A DNA stretch of 37,783 nt from Octopus bimaculoides (lineage: Eukaryota). Below, piece after piece: positions 34,176 to 37,783 of the stretch. A program made the translations under genes and the position numbers. Numbering within the stretch: the first letter of the stretch is position 1; each line of letters begins with the position of its first letter. Under the pieces are notes generated by a model. That model did not search any database. It saw nothing but the letters and a program-made list of their open reading frames with translations, and was not told where the DNA came from. Location of the stretch: positions 33,670,349 to 33,708,131 of the forward strand of contig NC_068989.1 of assembly GCF_001194135.2 (NCBI RefSeq), in the 5' to 3' direction.

Positions 34176-36289
34176 ATAAGAAAGGAACAAATAATGCAAT
34201 GTAGCTGTAGGTCATAACACCTGGGCAATGCTAGGATGCATTGCTAGGACTTAATAAATTACTCCTAATTTGATGATGAAGAAAAAAGATATAATTTATG
34301 GCTATATGCCATAAGTTACTGTATACCTCTTGATAAAGCAACAGATGTAGAGAGAAAGATTTTCTTGTGTTTTTTACTCAGCCAATCTTTGGAAGGAGTT
34401 ACTTCAAAATAAATGACTAATTGTGCAGTATCTATTAATGAATGTGTCTCAAATACAAATCCTTGCAAGCCCTATGACTTTGATCTATTTTGAATTTCTT
34501 GCAGTTATTTCACTTACATCATTAATTTCCTTGGAATAAATATGTATGTTGATATTTCATTATCCTCTCGATAAATGTAATATTTTCTACCTACATAAGA
34601 AATCTATATTTGTTGGGATAAAAACTATTGGAGTACTGATCTATGTTTGATAAGTTCAAACCCAACAGAGTTATTGTGTTATGTTCCTCTCAGTATTACA
34701 TTACATTCCTTTGTGTATTTAGCTTTAAAACTAGCTACTTTTTAATTATATATTCAAGAATTATATGAATTTCTAAATTTGCTGAAATATCTAAGAAATC
34801 TTATTTTGAGAAAACAATATTAAATCAACTTCTATTTACTCGCCTATGAAAAAATAAAATACATTAAAAATGATAAAAGAACCTAACTATTAGGTCATCT
34901 TGCAGGCACCATTATTTTTTTTTTGTAATTATTCTGAATTAGGTATCATATTATCTTAGTATAACTTCTTTTCTGTAAAGTAGCATCATTTTACAAGTTG
35001 GAGATGAATCAAGCCATATGTCTGACATTGTCTGAGTACTTGGTTGTTGTCTATCAGTGGTCTGAATATATCTATTTTATCAGTCAACAACAGTTGTAAT
35101 GAAACATTTTGACCTCACTCCACTATTTAGAAAATACTGTTTTATAGATTCTTACATAAAACAACTGTAGTATCTTTTGTGATTCTCCATAAGTATATTA
35201 TTTTGTATTACATTGCAATGATATCTATTATTATGAATTGTATTTTATTGATTTTGACTTCATATTGTCTCTAGATGAGTTGAAATTTGAATTTAAAAAA
35301 AAAGTGATGGTCACATTTGGAATGCTTATTAATGTATAAAAAAATCTCTGGTTTCATAAAAAGATGGGATGGTTTTAGGATGCTTTTGTTTGCACTAATG
35401 TTTGAGGAATTGATTAATAAATTGTGATTCCTTGCTAACCTGTTGGTTTAAGTTTGAAGAAAGAAATTCATCAGACTGGTTTGCTTAGCAAGTAGAGGAG
35501 TCTAACAAAATACTTTTTATTTTTTCTTTATTTTTATTGCAACAATAAATTTTGGCTGCTTTGTGTTCAGTTTTGTTTTATTGTACTTAAATATTAATTG
35601 TAACAAATTTCATTACAAAGAGACTTAGTGTTTTTTCAATAGGATTAAGGCCAAGGATTGAAACAAATTTCATCTGTAAATACAATTATTGATCTATATT
35701 CAAATTCATGTTTTTGTTGTCTTCAAAACACATGTTAATATAACTCTCTTACTAAACCTACCACTACCAAGATTGTTGAAATATTACCTGTCACTTCATT
35801 CTGACCCTAGTGTCTCTTAGATTGTCTTTTCATACTTTCATCCCGTATTCTTATTTTCCTGTCTTAAACACATATTATTGTCAAATTTACTTCTAGTGTG
35901 TAATGTACTCTCCACTTTTACTTTCTTTACTGCTATCTAGCTCTCTTTCAATGCTTAATTCATTCCTACATTTGAGCAACACGATAAAATTCTTCGTAAC
36001 TGTGACAGGTGCATCGTCTCTGATAATCTGCATCATGATGTCACATATATAATATTACCAAACTTGTATTTCAGCTTCTATGACCTCTTTTGAAGTACTG
36101 TGTTCATGTCTGGCATGGTACTACTGATAGACATAAATTTAAGATATTTATTTTAGACTGTAGCAACAAAGTTGATTGGAAAAGATTCATTCACTACAAC
36201 AAATGATTCTTTAATGCTGCTGCTTTTACTATTACTACAGCCTTTACTTCTCTGAACCAGCAAGCTGCACACCACCTTCACCCTAGACT

Positions 36290-36470
36290 TTTTTCTATTT
36301 CATTACTTCCATTGTGTCTTGCTCCACCCTCGAATTCTTCACTAAACACTTTTCAATCCTTCTTCCCCAGAACTTCAATCCTCTGGAGACTCCTCTCCAC
36401 ATCATATTTCTCATATAGGTATCAATCTACAGAAGTTCAAATTGACTGTCAAAAGCATTGGTCTTACTTG
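36290..36470 (+). mobile_element. 3' remnant of a CR1/L2-type LINE
   Basis: NTFQSFFPRTSILW matches the SFFPRT..xWN.LP C-terminal motif of CR1/L2/Jockey-group RTs. Confidence 0.45.
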
Positions 36471-36863
36471 GTTGAAAGGACCTACAAAGGTCATGTGTGC
36501 AATTCCTATTCTGTGCATATGAATAATTTAAAAAATTAACATTTACAGATATGATTTTGTTTGGTTTCTCCTTAGAGGCTTATCTCATATAGCTAGACCT
36601 CATTGTCATGGTACATGAGCTTAATTTTTACTGAACTGCCTGGAAAAGGCAAAAGAAAGCATGATTTCAGTGGCTCAGTTGATGAAATTCTACATCAGTC
36701 AATTTTTATTCTTTTTATTTCAAGAAAGATAAATGTAAGCAGAGAAAGTTGTACTAAAGAATTGAAGTACTGAGGAAGAAAGTTTGAATAGAATATTTGG
36801 TACAAGGAATGGGAAGTAGTATACAGGTGTTAATGTTAGAATCAAAATTAGATTTAATAAAGG

Positions 36864-37783
36864 TGTAGTGAAATCTCTCTCACGGGCATTCAATCACAAA
36901 TGATAACGAAGCTGCTAACATCTAGTCTTCGGCTGCCTTGGACCCTTCTGTGCACCATCCTGATTGGTTCTTATTTGCGTGGCAATTGTCCCCATGTTCT
37001 GCTTGTTAAGGGTGCATTACGTCCAATCGTGGCCTTCAGATAAGGTCACGTGAGAGAGAGTTTTTCTGGGTTTCCGGTGAGCCCTATTTCAGCTATAAAT
37101 AAGCCCGATCCAATGATGATAGTAGTCTTCGATTCCAGATCTCTCACAGGTCTGGTCGCTGACCACACATACAGAACACAGCTACAGCCAGTTTCAGCGC
37201 CGACGTCTTCACCACCTATGTACTGACTACCACAATGTCGTGCGCCAGCAACCCCACCACCAGGTGCACACCAATATCAACACACTCGGTTTTATATCGA
37301 CACTGTTTGAGTGGATTGTTTCCACCACGAGCAACAGTCAGAACTAACCAGTGAGAATATTCCATATCAGGTAAACGGTCACAGCATTTGACGCTCAACA
37401 CACATATTGTGATACCACAGCTCTGCTACTTGGCCACAACTTCCTGCATATGAACATTCTAAATCTTGTGTAACTCTTATACGAACTGGTTTTCTCTATC
37501 TCAGTGTTTGAAGACTTTTTACAGTCTATGTTACAGACACTCTTTCTATGTTCTGTGTTCCTCTCACACACACACTTGTACACTCACATATTGTACACAC
37601 ACTATTGCTTATACGACTGTCCGTTATTCCACATTGTTGTATACATTCTCTTGTACACGAAGGACTGACTTATCTACTGTGTTATATATGTCGCATGCAC
37701 GCACACAGACACAAATTTTCACTATGTTAATAAACTTACTCCCTCTCTCTCTCTCCCTCTCTCTCTCTCCCTCTCTCTCTCTC
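36864..37783 (+). mobile_element. LTR-like sequence (3' end beyond the window)
   Basis: Starts TGTAGTGAAA with a step up in GC/CpG. CCAAT-like and CACGTG motifs, TATAAAT at 37094-37100, AATAAA at 37729-37734, then (CT)n. No second LTR or internal ORF visible. Confidence 0.5.

Overview
AT-rich eukaryotic genomic scaffold with seven N-gaps. Its repeat families look like octopus (inference from recalled SINE and RTE families, not from a search). The window holds the 5' coding part of a BRCA1 orthologue on the + strand, almost entirely missed by the ORF track. Exons 759-812, 5467-5541 and 10289-10377 splice in frame to LDLMTNPVSTTCNHHFCK/FCINEFIHKKRQVPCPMCNVALTKR/SFQENGKLKNIIEKLKNLMSAVAKDT (RING plus the C-flanking helix). 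Exons 15136-15233 and 15896-15959, a large low-complexity exon from 29163 and a small exon at 33050-33127 follow. The large exon reads into a stop at 30146-30148 although no BRCT region has been reached. The introns are packed with decayed mobile DNA: three Penelope-like families with minimal hammerhead ribozymes (one behind a tRNA-like Pol III head), a near full-length RTE LINE, five copies of an RTE 3'-tail family with a variable VNTR, tRNA-SINEs, a compound Helitron, two mariners (one with an internal inversion), a TTAA MITE and an LTR-like sequence. All long ORF-track entries that span N-runs are artefacts.
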